Positions 46,476 to 56,365 of a DNA stretch of 64,000 nt are shown piece after piece. Within the stretch, counting starts at the first letter, position 1; each line of letters starts with the position of its first letter. Location: positions 2,803 through 66,802 of the forward strand of contig CAYRQM010000001.1 of the NCBI GenBank assembly GCA_964426415.1. The letters are read 5' to 3'. A program made the translations under genes and the position numbers. The DNA comes from an uncultured Christensenella sp. (GTDB taxonomy: Bacteria; Bacillota; Clostridia; Christensenellales; CAG-138). The notes below the pieces were generated by a model that was not told the DNA's origin, made no database searches, and saw nothing but the letters and a program-made list of their open reading frames with translations.

Positions 46476-47065
46476 AGCACCCGCCGTCCTTCCAATGCTT
46501 TTGCCAGCGTAACTTCGTCGGTGTATTCCAAATTGCCGCCGATGGGGATGCCGTGCGCGATGCGGGTCGCTTTGACGCCCATGGGCTTCAAAAGCTTTGC
46601 AATGTATGCCGCCGTCGCTTCGCCCTCCACATCGGGATTTGTTGCCAAGATGACCTCTTGCACCTGTCCCGTTTTGCAGCGTTCCAAAAGCTCGTTGATG
46701 CGCAGCTCGTTGGGGCCGACGCCGTTCATCGGCGACAGGGAACCGTTCAGCACATGGTAGCGTCCCGTAAACTCGCGGGTCTTTTCCATCGCCAAAACGT
46801 CCTTCGGCTCACTCACCACGCACAGCATGGATTCGGTGCGCTTCTCATCGGCGCACAGCTCGCAGCGCTCCAAATCGGTGTAGGTGCCGCAGATGGGGCA
46901 CGGGTGAATCTTCTCCCGCGCCTCCAAGATGGCGTTTGCAAGCTCGGTCGCCTGCTCTTTGGGCACACCCAAAAGATAGTACGCCAGCCGCTGCGCCGTC
47001 TTGTGTCCGACGCCCGGAAGCCGTGCCAGCTGTGTGGTGAGTTTTTCGACGGCTGCGATTGCCAT
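46472..47065 (-). CDS. recR: recombination protein RecR
   Basis: 197 aa with [17 protein letters not shown], a CPICG..C.LC zinc finger and a Toprim domain. Confidence 0.95.
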   Translation of the reverse strand: MAIAAVEKLTTQLARLPGVGHKTAQRLAYYLLGVPKEQATELANAILEAREKIHPCPICGTYTDLERCELCADEKRTESMLCVVSEPKDVLAMEKTREFTGRYHVLNGSLSPMNGVGPNELRINELLERCKTGQVQEVILATNPDVEGEATAAYIAKLLKPMGVKATRIAHGIPIGGNLEYTDEVTLAKALEGRRVL

Positions 47066-47066
47066 A

Positions 47067-47402
47067 TCAGAAGCCCATATTCAGACCGCCCGTGATTTTG
47101 CCCATCTCGCGGTCGACCGTCTCCGTCGCCTGCTTGATCGCCGCGTTGACGCCTGCCACAATCAGGTCTTGCAGCATCTCGACGTCGTCGGGATCCACGC
47201 AAGCGGGATCGATTTGGATGGACGCCAGCTCCTTGGTGCCGTACACGGTCACGTTGACCATGCCGCCGCCTGCCGACGCCGTGTAGGTCGAAGCGTTCAG
47301 CTCCGCCTGCTTGGTTTGAATGTCCTGCTGCATCTTCTGCGCCTGCCGCATGATCTGCTGCATGTTGGCGCCGCCGCCCATTGGGAATCCGCCTTTTGCC
47401 AT
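47067..47402 (-). CDS. ybaB: YbaB/EbfC-family nucleoid-associated protein
   Basis: 111 aa with [16 protein letters not shown]. Classic position between dnaX and recR. Confidence 0.92.
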   Translation of the reverse strand: MAKGGFPMGGGANMQQIMRQAQKMQQDIQTKQAELNASTYTASAGGGMVNVTVYGTKELASIQIDPACVDPDDVEMLQDLIVAGVNAAIKQATETVDREMGKITGGLNMGF

Positions 47403-47417
47403 GTTGCTTCTCCTTAC

Positions 47418-49082
47418 TTATTCGATTGTCAGCGCACTGCCAAACAGCGCGCAGAGTTGTTCTTCGCCGTCTTTGAGCTTGTCCGACTGAAACACGATGG
47501 TCGTGTTGGGTCGAATCTCCTGTGCCGCCTGCTGCGCCACCGCAAAGTTGCGCGCAGACGACGCGATCTCCAGCCGCGATTCCTCGGTGGCAGGAAACTG
47601 CACCGTCAGCGTGTCGTCCGAAAGCCGCACGCCCACGCTGTTCTTCACCGCAAACAGCACGATTGGGTTGATTGCCCCGATGCGCTGCTTGACCGCTGTC
47701 CAAAGCGCTTGCGGGTCGTCCGAAGGAACGCTTGCCGCCGATGCGGGCTGCGGCGCTTCGGACGCTTGCGCCTTTGCAATTGGTTTGGGCGGCAAAGGCT
47801 TCGTCTTGGGAGGCTCTGCCTGCGGCTGCTCCCAAGGCGGCTCCTCCGAAGGCGGCGGCGCATCGTCAAAAATCGGTGCTTCGTCCGCACGCGGCACTTC
47901 GCTTGGCTGCGGCGGCGTGGATGCAACGGGGATGGAGGAACGCGGCGCTTGTTCGAGCAGCGCCACCCGTGCCGCCAGCGCTTCGCGGGAAGCGTCGTCT
48001 ACGGGGCGACAGATGCGCACGAAGGTGGATTCCACCAAAACCCGTGCGGTCGAAAGGTAGCGCAGCGTCGGTTCGATTTTGAGCAGCTGCTCCATGGCGT
48101 ACAGGATACGCGCTTCATCGACGTCGCGGGTGAGCTTTTGATATTGGGCAAGCTGGTCGGCGGTGCAGTCCAAAAGGTCGGCACAGTCGCCGCAGGTTTT
48201 GACGAGCAGCAAGCTGCGCAGGTACTGCACCAAATCGCTTGTAAAGACGGTCAAATCGCGTCCGCTGCGCACCAGCGTGTCCAAGGCTTGCAGGCAGGTG
48301 ACGGCGTCGCCGGTAAGCAGCGCTTTGGAAAGCGCAAAGAGCGTCTCTTGCCCCACGCTGCCCAAGACGTCGTAAACGTCCTGTTGGGTGATGGTTTTGT
48401 CCGTAAACGCAAGGCATTGATCCGCCAAGGAAAGGGCGTCGCGCATTCCGCCGTCTGCCGCCCGCGCAATGACGCGCAGCCCGTCCGGCTCGATGGAAGC
48501 GCCTGCCGCTTGCAGCACCGTCTGCAGCCGCGCCACAATTTGCGCGATGGTCAGCCGTCGAAAATCGAACCGCTGGCAGCGGGAAATGATGGTGGCAGGC
48601 AGCTTTTGCGGCTCGGTGGTCGCCAGAATAAAGACGACGTGGACGGGCGGCTCCTCTAAGGTTTTGAGCAGCGCGTTGAACGCCGAGGCGGAAAGCATAT
48701 GCACCTCGTCGATGATGAAGACGCGGTATCGAAGCTGCAGCGGCGCAAACTGTGCCTGTTCGATCAGCTCACGGACGTTGTCCACGCCCGTATGGCTGGC
48801 GGCGTCGATCTCGACGATATCGGGACAGTCGTCGGAAGCGATTTTGCATTGGGCGCATTCGCCGCACGGCTCGCCGTCATGGGGCGAAAGGCAGTTGATT
48901 GCACGCGCCAAAATCTTGGCGGAGCTGGTTTTGCCCGTGCCGCGGGAGCCGCAAAACAGGTATGCGTGAGACAGCCGCTGTTCGCGCACTTGGTTTTTGA
49001 GGATGGTGATGATGTGATCCTGCCCAACGACCTCGGAAAAGGTGGCGGGCCGATACGCACGGTACAAGGCAAGGCGTGCCAT
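47418..49082 (-). CDS. dnaX: DNA polymerase III subunits gamma/tau
   Basis: 554 aa with GSRGTGKTS Walker A, a Cys4 cluster (C..C..C) and DEVHML. Confidence 0.95.
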   Translation of the reverse strand: MARLALYRAYRPATFSEVVGQDHIITILKNQVREQRLSHAYLFCGSRGTGKTSSAKILARAINCLSPHDGEPCGECAQCKIASDDCPDIVEIDAASHTGVDNVRELIEQAQFAPLQLRYRVFIIDEVHMLSASAFNALLKTLEEPPVHVVFILATTEPQKLPATIISRCQRFDFRRLTIAQIVARLQTVLQAAGASIEPDGLRVIARAADGGMRDALSLADQCLAFTDKTITQQDVYDVLGSVGQETLFALSKALLTGDAVTCLQALDTLVRSGRDLTVFTSDLVQYLRSLLLVKTCGDCADLLDCTADQLAQYQKLTRDVDEARILYAMEQLLKIEPTLRYLSTARVLVESTFVRICRPVDDASREALAARVALLEQAPRSSIPVASTPPQPSEVPRADEAPIFDDAPPPSEEPPWEQPQAEPPKTKPLPPKPIAKAQASEAPQPASAASVPSDDPQALWTAVKQRIGAINPIVLFAVKNSVGVRLSDDTLTVQFPATEESRLEIASSARNFAVAQQAAQEIRPNTTIVFQSDKLKDGEEQLCALFGSALTIE

Positions 49083-49114
49083 GAGCTGCTCCCTTCAGAA
49101 ATTCTCTATCGGAA

Positions 49115-49143
49115 AGTATACCACAGAACGGCGCGAAGTGCAA
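49115..49143 (-). promoter_or_regulatory. promoter TTGCAC-17-TATACT (dnaX operon)
   Basis: Read on the minus strand. A leader of about 30 nt with a GGGAG SD follows. Confidence 0.6.
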
Positions 49144-49178
49144 CGGGACTTTGGATGCGCATTGCCTTGGGATAAGCA

Positions 49179-49207
49179 TTGACCGAAGCGCAAAAAGCGT
49201 GTAAAAT
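49179..49207 (+). promoter_or_regulatory. promoter TTGACC-17-TAAAAT, N6 before ATG 49214 (leaderless candidate)
   Basis: TTGACCgaagcgcaaaaagcgtgTAAAATaacaatATG. No SD. Confidence 0.6.
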
Positions 49208-49213
49208 AACAAT

Positions 49214-50374
49214 ATGAAACATGAACGGCACTATCGTTCCACCGACGGACGGACGGCGAAGCTGTCCCGCTTCCGCGTCGCCCCGTACCTCCAAATTCTG
49301 TTGGGGGTCGTTTTGCTTGCGCTGACGGTGGGGCTTTTGTACCATGTCGTTTTGCCGCTGCTGCAAAAAGCAACCGACGCGCACAACCATCCTGCCGCCG
49401 TCGTCGCCGCCGCCACCGATGCGCCGACGCCCACGCCCACCGCCGCGCCCGAAACGCAGCATGCGCTGTACACCATCGATCTCAAGACGGCGCAGCACGA
49501 GATTGTCATTCCTGAATATCAATACGCCGCCGACGTGTCCGTCACGGGGCAGACCGTTTGCTGTGCCGTGGGCGAATACGAAAGCGGCACCATTGCGTTT
49601 TTGCGCGTATCGCTGTACGACACCGCCACCGCCACGCGCAAGCTGCTGGCGCTGCCGATGCAGTACAAAAGCATCCGCTTCCCCTGCGCCAACGACCGCT
49701 GGATCGTCTATCTGGACGCCACCGCGAACGGCGGCGGGCGCATCATGGCATACGACCGCACGGCGCAAAGTGCCGTTTGCCTCAAGCCCTTCTATTTGGG
49801 GCTGCCGTTTCTGACGTTGGACGGCGACAATGCGGCATGGATCGAGCGCACGGGACAGACGCGGGACAAACTGTTTGTGTGCGATCTCAACAGCGGCGAA
49901 ATCGTGACCGTCGCCATTTTCGATAACTGCGCATACGGGCTGTCGCGCCCGTGCCTGTACGACGGCAAGCTCTTGTATGTCGATCCAAGCGGCAACACGG
50001 TGCGGCTGACGCTTGCCACGGGCGAAACGGAAACGCTGTCCATCGAGGGCAATGTGCACGACCCCGTGATGAACGATTCGTATGTCGCCTACCTTGACAG
50101 CAACCATGCCGCAAACGGCAAGCTGTACGTCTACCAAGACGGCGTTTCCACCGAGGTCGCCGCGGGCGTCGTGCAATTTGCGCTGGGCGACGACTTCGTC
50201 GCGTACGGCAGATACGACAAAAACTACGTCTACTTTCCTGCGGACGGCACGACGTTTTGCACCACCCGCAGCGACGAGACGGCGCAGTTTCTGACGGCGG
50301 GCGGCAGCCTGCTGGTGTGGATGGACGTGACATGGCGCGACAAGGACGTCATGGAATACATGACGATACAATAG
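49214..50374 (+). CDS. hypothetical membrane-anchored protein with repeated beta-strand-rich (propeller-like) ectodomain
   Basis: 386 aa with an N-terminal TM (LQILLGVVLLALTVGLLYHVV) and repeated YxD/W-containing segments. I recognise no family. Confidence 0.6.
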   Translation: MKHERHYRSTDGRTAKLSRFRVAPYLQILLGVVLLALTVGLLYHVVLPLLQKATDAHNHPAAVVAAATDAPTPTPTAAPETQHALYTIDLKTAQHEIVIPEYQYAADVSVTGQTVCCAVGEYESGTIAFLRVSLYDTATATRKLLALPMQYKSIRFPCANDRWIVYLDATANGGGRIMAYDRTAQSAVCLKPFYLGLPFLTLDGDNAAWIERTGQTRDKLFVCDLNSGEIVTVAIFDNCAYGLSRPCLYDGKLLYVDPSGNTVRLTLATGETETLSIEGNVHDPVMNDSYVAYLDSNHAANGKLYVYQDGVSTEVAAGVVQFALGDDFVAYGRYDKNYVYFPADGTTFCTTRSDETAQFLTAGGSLLVWMDVTWRDKDVMEYMTIQ

Positions 50375-50381
50375 GAGCATT

Positions 50382-51713
50382 ATGAAAGAAAAAACTGCTT
50401 GGGTCTGCGGCGAATGCGGATACGAATCTCCGCGTTGGATGGGGAAGTGTCCCCAATGCGGCAGCTGGAACACCTTGGTCGAGGAAGAACGGGTGACGGT
50501 GCACCGCAGCGCATCTGTGGGAAAAGCGGTTCCGCTGCAATCGGTGCGGGTGGAGGCGCAAAAGCGCACGTCCACCGGCATGCCCGAGCTGGATCGCGTG
50601 CTGGGCGGCGGGCTTGTGGACGGCATGACGGTGCTTTTGGGCGGCGATCCCGGCATCGGAAAATCTACGCTGCTGCTGCAGGCGGCAGACTGTCTTGCCC
50701 GTGCGGGCGTGGTGCTGTATGTATCGGGCGAGGAAAGCCGTTCGCAAATCAAGCTCCGTGCGGATCGGCTGCAGGTCAAAAGCGACATCCTGCTCTATTG
50801 CGAAACGTCGGTGGAGGACGCCATCGAACAGGCAAAGACCGTCCACGCCACCGTGCTGATTGTGGATTCCATCCAAACCATGCAGTCCGAAACCGCCGAA
50901 AGCGCGGCGGGCAGCGTGTCGCAGGTGCGGGCTTCCACCGCGGTGCTGACACGGTTTGCCAAGGACAACGGCGTCGTGGTGCTGATTGTGGGGCACGTCA
51001 CCAAGGACGGCGCCATTGCGGGGCCGCGGGTCTTAGAACACATCGTCGATACCGTGCTCTATTTCGAAGGCGACCGCCACGAAGGGCTGCGGCTGCTGCG
51101 CGCCACCAAAAACCGCTTCGGCTCCACCAATGAGCTGGGCGTGTTCGAGATGTGCGACAGCGGCATGCGCGAGGTGGACGACCCGTCCGCGCTGTTCGTC
51201 ACGGGCGCCAACAGCGTAGGCTGTGCCGTGACCTGCGTGCTGGAGGGCTCAAGGCCGTTGCTTGCCGAAGTGCAGTCGCTGCTGTGTCCCACCGCTTTTG
51301 GCAGTCCGCGCCGTACCGCCATCGGCATGGACACGGGACGGCTCAATCTGATTTTAGCGGTGCTGGAGCGCAAAGCACGTCTCAAAATGAGCGACAAGGA
51401 CGTATACTGTGATATCGCGGGCAACCTTCGCGTGCTGGATCGCGGCGCCGACCTTGCCACCGCGCTGTGCTTGGCGTCTGCCCTGTTAGAAAAGCCCATG
51501 CCCGCGCACACCGTTGTGCTGGGCGAACTGGGGCTGACGGGCGAACTGCGTCCCGTCGCCCAAATCGACACCCGTATTCGGGAATGTATGCGGCTGGGGT
51601 ATTCCACCATCGTCCTGCCCAAGCGCTGCAAATGCAGCGAAACGGGCGTTGCCTTGGTGCGCGCCGCCGATCTCAACGACGCGATTCGCGCCACCCTATT
51701 GCCGCAGGCATAG
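50382..51713 (+). CDS. radA: DNA repair protein RadA/Sms
   Basis: N-terminal zinc finger CGECGYESPRWMGKCPQCGSW, GDPGIGKST, KNRFG, and a Lon-like C terminus. Confidence 0.95.
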   Translation: MKEKTAWVCGECGYESPRWMGKCPQCGSWNTLVEEERVTVHRSASVGKAVPLQSVRVEAQKRTSTGMPELDRVLGGGLVDGMTVLLGGDPGIGKSTLLLQAADCLARAGVVLYVSGEESRSQIKLRADRLQVKSDILLYCETSVEDAIEQAKTVHATVLIVDSIQTMQSETAESAAGSVSQVRASTAVLTRFAKDNGVVVLIVGHVTKDGAIAGPRVLEHIVDTVLYFEGDRHEGLRLLRATKNRFGSTNELGVFEMCDSGMREVDDPSALFVTGANSVGCAVTCVLEGSRPLLAEVQSLLCPTAFGSPRRTAIGMDTGRLNLILAVLERKARLKMSDKDVYCDIAGNLRVLDRGADLATALCLASALLEKPMPAHTVVLGELGLTGELRPVAQIDTRIRECMRLGYSTIVLPKRCKCSETGVALVRAADLNDAIRATLLPQA

Positions 51714-51769
51714 CGGCCCAATTTGGATACGGAGCGACGGCTGACAAACGTGCGCCGACGCCGCCGATA

Positions 51770-51809
51770 AAAGAGGACGGGAGAACCGAAGGGTTCGCCC
51801 GTCCTTTGT
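51770..51809. terminator. bidirectional terminator between radA and the DUF368 gene
   Basis: AGGACGGG...CCCGTCCT stem with an inner GAACC-GAA-GGTTC. The T run is clearer on the minus strand. Confidence 0.6.
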
Positions 51810-51844
51810 CGCCGACCGAAATCGACGATTTTTGGAGAATCGGA

Positions 51845-53011
51845 TTAGGCTTTTTTGCGGGTCATGCCCCATGCGGTGAAAAACCCTGCCGCAAGGCACA
51901 GGATGGCGGCGGGAATGTACCACCATTGGGCAAGGTTCGCGCCGAGACTGCCCCAGCACGTCGCCTTCATAAAGATGGCGTAAGGGGACATGACCATCAG
52001 GGCGATGATGCCGTAATAGGTGGGGGTGGGGTGGCGATCCAACAGCCACTTGATGAGCTTGGACACCACCAAAAGCCCCGCAAGCACGCCGATGCCAAAC
52101 GGAATCAGCACAAGCAGATGCGGCACGGCGTCGCCAAACTGCAGGGTCAGCACCGCCGAGATGAAGTTCTTGAGATGGGTCATGACGCTGTTGTAATACC
52201 CAAGCACCAGCAGCACCATCGAGCCGGAAATGCCGGGCACGATCATGGTGCCTGCGGCGATGAAGCCCAGCGCCGCGCACAGCAGCACCGTCCAAATGCC
52301 GTTGTTCAGCCGATCGATCGTGCGGTAGGCGTAGAACACATGGGCGGGGCCCGCGTTGGCGTCGGTGAGCGTCACGGTGCCGTTGTCGAAGGTGGCGAGC
52401 GCAAAGGTGGTTTCGCCGTCAATGGTGAAGTAATCCTTGTCGTTGTCCACGTTGCGCAGCTGAATGTACGCATCGTCCTTGGCGCGCTTGACCTCGTACA
52501 GCGTGCCTTCGGGCGTGTCAGTGGCTTCTTCGGACAGCAGAATGCGATCGCCCACGCGCACCGTATCGGTCACGGCGTCGTAGCGCTCATGGGTGGTGTT
52601 GTTCAAAACGGGAAGCAGGATCATGATGGCAGCCATCAGCAGTGCCACGACGAAATAGCCGAAGCGGACTTTCTTTCCTTTTATTTCGCGGAACAGCATG
52701 GGCAGCGAGCCGAGAATCAACCCGCAGAACAGCAGGATGGTGAGAAACTCGAATTTTTCGAGCAGCCATGTGATGACGAAGGACAGCGCCGCGACGCCCA
52801 GCACAATGCCCAGCGCATACGGGATGAGCTTGACAATGGCGCGGCGGCGGATGGTTTTGTCCTTGCTGGTGATGGATACGGCGTCCTCATAAACGCCAAT
52901 GGTCAGCAACATAGAGCCGCCGCTGACGCCCGGGATGACGACGGCAAGCCCCACCAACGTGCCCTGCAAGACGGCAAGGCAATATTTCAAAAACTTTCTA
53001 AACTTTTCCAT
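51845..53011 (-). CDS. DUF368-family membrane protein (family linked to undecaprenyl-phosphate recycling) with a roughly 100-aa inserted loop domain
   Basis: Duplicated signature VIPGVSGGSM / IVPGISGSM. The start is set at MEKFRKF (ATG 53011), 6 nt after a -10 box; the ORF-track GTG 53017 lies inside that spacer. Confidence 0.75.
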   Translation of the reverse strand: MEKFRKFLKYCLAVLQGTLVGLAVVIPGVSGGSMLLTIGVYEDAVSITSKDKTIRRRAIVKLIPYALGIVLGVAALSFVITWLLEKFEFLTILLFCGLILGSLPMLFREIKGKKVRFGYFVVALLMAAIMILLPVLNNTTHERYDAVTDTVRVGDRILLSEEATDTPEGTLYEVKRAKDDAYIQLRNVDNDKDYFTIDGETTFALATFDNGTVTLTDANAGPAHVFYAYRTIDRLNNGIWTVLLCAALGFIAAGTMIVPGISGSMVLLVLGYYNSVMTHLKNFISAVLTLQFGDAVPHLLVLIPFGIGVLAGLLVVSKLIKWLLDRHPTPTYYGIIALMVMSPYAIFMKATCWGSLGANLAQWWYIPAAILCLAAGFFTAWGMTRKKA

Positions 53012-53017
53012 ACGCAC

Positions 53018-53046
53018 ATTGTATGCGATTGGAATGTGTTCGTCAA
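53018..53046 (-). promoter_or_regulatory. promoter TTGACG-17-TACAAT, N6 before ATG 53011 (leaderless candidate)
   Basis: The minus strand reads TTGACGaacacattccaatcgcaTACAATgtgcgtATG. No SD. Confidence 0.6.
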
Positions 53047-53159
53047 TCGTTTTTCACATTTCGGCATGTAAATTCCACAATACAAACGCATTTTCTCCAT
53101 ACGCGGTTCAAAATCTGCCTGTATGATAACGCCATCGAAAAGAAACAGGAGATGTTGAT

Positions 53160-54368
53160 ATGGAATACAACGCTACACCGAAGAAAAGTCGCGGCAGCAT
53201 TGGCGTCGTCATTTGCTTTACGGCATTGGCGGTGGTACTTGGTCTGTTCGCAGGATTGCTGCTGACAAACCAAATCCGCAAGAGTAACGCAGCGGATGCG
53301 CAGGCAGACGCGACGGCGTTGGCAACAGACGCACCCGTTGCCACCGCAGATACGGAACCGACGGACGATGCGGCGGGCAGCCTGCTGACCACGGGCGACA
53401 CATCCGCGTCCGCATCCCAGTTTGCCTATGACGGGCAGTACACCCGTGCGCAGATTGTCGAGATGTGCGCGCCCAGCGTCGTCGGCATCGACACGACCGT
53501 CCTTGAAACATATTGGGGACAGCAGTACGAAGCGACGGGCAGCGGCAGCGGCGTGATTCTGACCGCAGACGGCTATATCGCCACCTGTGCGCACGTCGTG
53601 GACGGCGCCACCGCCATCACCGTGACGCTGCACGACGATACCGCTTATGAAGCCACCGTCATCGGCACGGATTCGCGCAACGACTTGGCAATTCTCAAGA
53701 TTGACGCAACCGGACTGACGCCTGCCACCATCGGCGACAGCGACATGCTGACCGTCGGCGAGGACGTCATCGCCATCGGCAACCCGTTGGGCGAGCTGCG
53801 CGGCACCGCCACCAGCGGCATCGTGTCCGCCGTGTGTCGTTCTGTCACGGTAGACGGCGTCGATATGGAGTTGGTGCAGACGGACGCCGCCATCAGCCCG
53901 GGCAATTCGGGCGGCGGACTGTTCGACGCAAGCGGCAAGCTGATTGGCTTGGTCAACGCCAAGGTCGCGGATTCGAACGCCGAAGGGTTGGGCTTCGCCA
54001 TCCCCGTCAACAGCGTGGTCAATGAAATCAACGACATCCTCAATTATGGCTACATCACGGGACGCGCCTCCTTGGGCATCTACACCCAAAACGTCACGCT
54101 GCGTGGCGACTACGGGATGTTCTCTCAGAACAGCACCAGCTGCGTGCAGGTGGCAGACGTCGTAGCGGACAGCGCAGCCGAAGCGGCAGACATCCGCGTA
54201 GGCGACTTAATCTTGGCAGTGGACGGCACGCAGGTTACCTCCAATTCCGTCCTGTCCAACCTAATCGCAACGTACAACGCGGGCGACACGGCAACCATTA
54301 CCATTCAGCGCAATGGGCAACAGTTCAACGTCAGCGTGACCTTCCGCGAGTACGTGCCCACCACCTAA
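53160..54368 (+). CDS. htrA: HtrA/DegP-family serine protease with PDZ domain
   Basis: TM anchor, catalytic triad context (CAHVV; NDLAILK; GNSGGGLF), and a C-terminal PDZ (GDLILAVDG). Confidence 0.9.
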   Translation: MEYNATPKKSRGSIGVVICFTALAVVLGLFAGLLLTNQIRKSNAADAQADATALATDAPVATADTEPTDDAAGSLLTTGDTSASASQFAYDGQYTRAQIVEMCAPSVVGIDTTVLETYWGQQYEATGSGSGVILTADGYIATCAHVVDGATAITVTLHDDTAYEATVIGTDSRNDLAILKIDATGLTPATIGDSDMLTVGEDVIAIGNPLGELRGTATSGIVSAVCRSVTVDGVDMELVQTDAAISPGNSGGGLFDASGKLIGLVNAKVADSNAEGLGFAIPVNSVVNEINDILNYGYITGRASLGIYTQNVTLRGDYGMFSQNSTSCVQVADVVADSAAEAADIRVGDLILAVDGTQVTSNSVLSNLIATYNAGDTATITIQRNGQQFNVSVTFREYVPTT

Positions 54369-54437
54369 TCGAATCTTCTTCTTCCATGTTTGCGCCTTGG
54401 GACGCCCCCTTCCATGTTCCAAGGCGCAAAGCCCCCC

Positions 54438-54465
54438 GCCCCGCAGCCTGTCTGCGGGGTTTTTG
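54438..54465 (+). terminator. rho-independent terminator after htrA
   Basis: GCCCCGCAG-CCTGT-CTGCGGGGT then TTTT. Confidence 0.85.
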
Positions 54466-54541
54466 CTGTCCAAATTGCCCTTGCGGGCTTGCGCCCAAGG
54501 CGAAAATCCTGTATACTGATGCGTGTGGGGAGGCGCGCACT

Positions 54542-55477
54542 ATGAATATCCTGCATCTCAAATACGCGGTGGAAGTCGCAAAGGAAGGCTCGCTCAACAA
54601 GGCAGCCGAAAATCTCTACATGGGGCAGCCAAACCTGAGTCGCGCCATCAAAGAATTGGAGCGGGACTTGGGCGTGACGCTGTTCGAACGCTCCGCCAAG
54701 GGCATGGTGGTCACGCCGGAGGGCGAATCGTTCTTGGGCTATGCCAAGAAGATTCTGCACCAGATCGACGAGGTGGAGGCGCTGTACCAAAAGGGGCTTC
54801 CCATCAAGCAGCGGTTTTCCATTTCCGTGCCGCGTGCCAGCTACATTTCCGCCGCCTTCGCCGCCTTTTCCCAAAGCATGGACAACGCGCCCGCCGAGCT
54901 GTTCTATAAAGAAACAAATGCATCCCGCGCCATCGACAACATTCTGCAGGCGGACTATAAGCTGGGCGTCATTCGCTACACCGAACAATACGAAAAATAC
55001 TTCAAGGCGATGCTGGACGACAAAGGCTTCGACTACGAGCTGGTGGCGGAAATCACCTATGTGCTGCTCATGAGCAAGGCGCATCCGTTGGCGTCGCATG
55101 CCGACGTCACCTTCGACGATCTGAAATCCTATGTCGAGATTGCGCACGCCGATCCATACGTGCCATCCTTGCCGCTGTCCGAGGTGCGCAAGGAGGAGCT
55201 GCCCGAAATCGACCGCCGCATCTTCGTGTTTGAACGCGCCAGCCAATTTGAGCTGCTGTCCGAAAACCCCGAAACCTTCATGTGGGTGTCACCCGTGCCC
55301 ACATCGCTGTTGGAACGATACGACTTGGCGCAAAAGCGCTGCGCCGAAAACACCAAGGTCTATCGGGACGTGCTCATCTATCGAAAGGACTACCGCCTGA
55401 CCGCGACGGACAAGCGCTTCATCTCCGCGCTGTGCGACGCCAAGCGCGCCTTCTTGGATCATCCGCATCTGGATTGA
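54542..55477 (+). CDS. LysR-family transcriptional regulator
   Basis: 311 aa from ATG 54542 after GGGAGG. The HTH reads GSLNKAAENLYMGQPNLSRAIKELE. Confidence 0.88.
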   Translation: MNILHLKYAVEVAKEGSLNKAAENLYMGQPNLSRAIKELERDLGVTLFERSAKGMVVTPEGESFLGYAKKILHQIDEVEALYQKGLPIKQRFSISVPRASYISAAFAAFSQSMDNAPAELFYKETNASRAIDNILQADYKLGVIRYTEQYEKYFKAMLDDKGFDYELVAEITYVLLMSKAHPLASHADVTFDDLKSYVEIAHADPYVPSLPLSEVRKEELPEIDRRIFVFERASQFELLSENPETFMWVSPVPTSLLERYDLAQKRCAENTKVYRDVLIYRKDYRLTATDKRFISALCDAKRAFLDHPHLD

Positions 55478-55523
55478 GGGCAGGCGCAGCCGAAAGTTTG
55501 TGAAAAAAGAAAGCCAAAAGCAC

Positions 55524-55550
55524 AAAAGACCGTCGAATCGACGGTCGTTT
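55524..55550. terminator. bidirectional terminator (convergent LysR/GntR genes)
   Basis: AAAA-GACCGTCGA-a-TCGACGGTC-GTTT palindrome. Confidence 0.7.
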
Positions 55551-55562
55551 GTGTCTCCCTTG

Positions 55563-56231
55563 CTATTTGAGGTCGGCAGGTATGCGGCTCGTGGCGTCCA
55601 TGATATGGTCGTGGAGCAGCTTCTTGGCGCCCTCTACGTCGCGTGCGCGGCACGCGTTGACGATGGCTTCGTGTTCACGGATGGAAACGGCGCGGTCTTC
55701 GGCGCTGCTGTAAAAGCCGGAGCGCAGATAACGGTCGATGTTGGCATGGATGATTTCCATGAGCATATCGGCAACGGGATTGCACGCTTCGCGGGTGAGC
55801 GCGTCGTGAAAATCGGCGTTGAGATGCTCGACGGGGAACAGCTCGCTGGCGTTGCGCTGCTTGTCGATGATGGCGTCCAGCTCGGCAAAATCATCGTCCG
55901 TCATGCGGGGAATGGCGGTTTCTAAGATCGCCGTGGAGATCGCTGCGCGCACCTGCATCATGTCGATGAGGAGCTTGCGCGAAAGCTCGGTGACGGTCGC
56001 ACCGCGATTGGGATGAATGGTGACCAAATTCTGTGCTTCCAACTGGCGCAGCGCCTCTCGCACAGGAATATGGCTGACATTCAAAGCGGTAGAAATCTCG
56101 TCTTGTTTCAGCTGGGTGCCGCCCGGCAAATTGCCGTTGACGATCCCGGTGCGCAGCACACGATAGACCCAGTCCTGCGTGCCTGCACCCTCGCGGGAAC
56201 CGACTGAAGTGGCGAGTTGCTTGTAGTCCAT
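55563..56231 (-). CDS. GntR-family transcriptional regulator with FCD ligand domain
   Basis: 222 aa from MDYKQLA. The wHTH reads LKQDEISTALNVSHIPVREALRQLEAQNLV, followed by a helical C-terminal domain. Confidence 0.85.
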   Translation of the reverse strand: MDYKQLATSVGSREGAGTQDWVYRVLRTGIVNGNLPGGTQLKQDEISTALNVSHIPVREALRQLEAQNLVTIHPNRGATVTELSRKLLIDMMQVRAAISTAILETAIPRMTDDDFAELDAIIDKQRNASELFPVEHLNADFHDALTREACNPVADMLMEIIHANIDRYLRSGFYSSAEDRAVSIREHEAIVNACRARDVEGAKKLLHDHIMDATSRIPADLK

Positions 56232-56285
56232 GGTAAGATACACTCCAAAAGTATGTATTCGAAGGAGCCCACTCCCTCGATGTGC

Positions 56286-56314
56286 ATTATAATATATTTT
56301 ATCTGATTCGTCAA
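56286..56314 (-). promoter_or_regulatory. promoter TTGACG-17-TATAAT (GntR gene)
   Basis: Read on the minus strand. A leader of about 54 nt follows. Confidence 0.6.
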
Positions 56315-56365
56315 GCCATAAAACCACACAAAAAACACATTTTCGTATTTTTTTCTATTATGCCC

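Noticed and set aside
47418-49082. -1 ribosomal frameshift heptamer (A AAA AAG) in dnaX
   Set aside because: No CTTTTTT run is present on the plus strand within the gene.
49083-49213. SRP RNA (ffs/scr), which often sits directly upstream of dnaX in Firmicutes
   Set aside because: Only 131 bp are available and they are fully accounted for by two divergent promoters. I saw no GGAAGCAGCC-type domain IV motif or extended hairpin.
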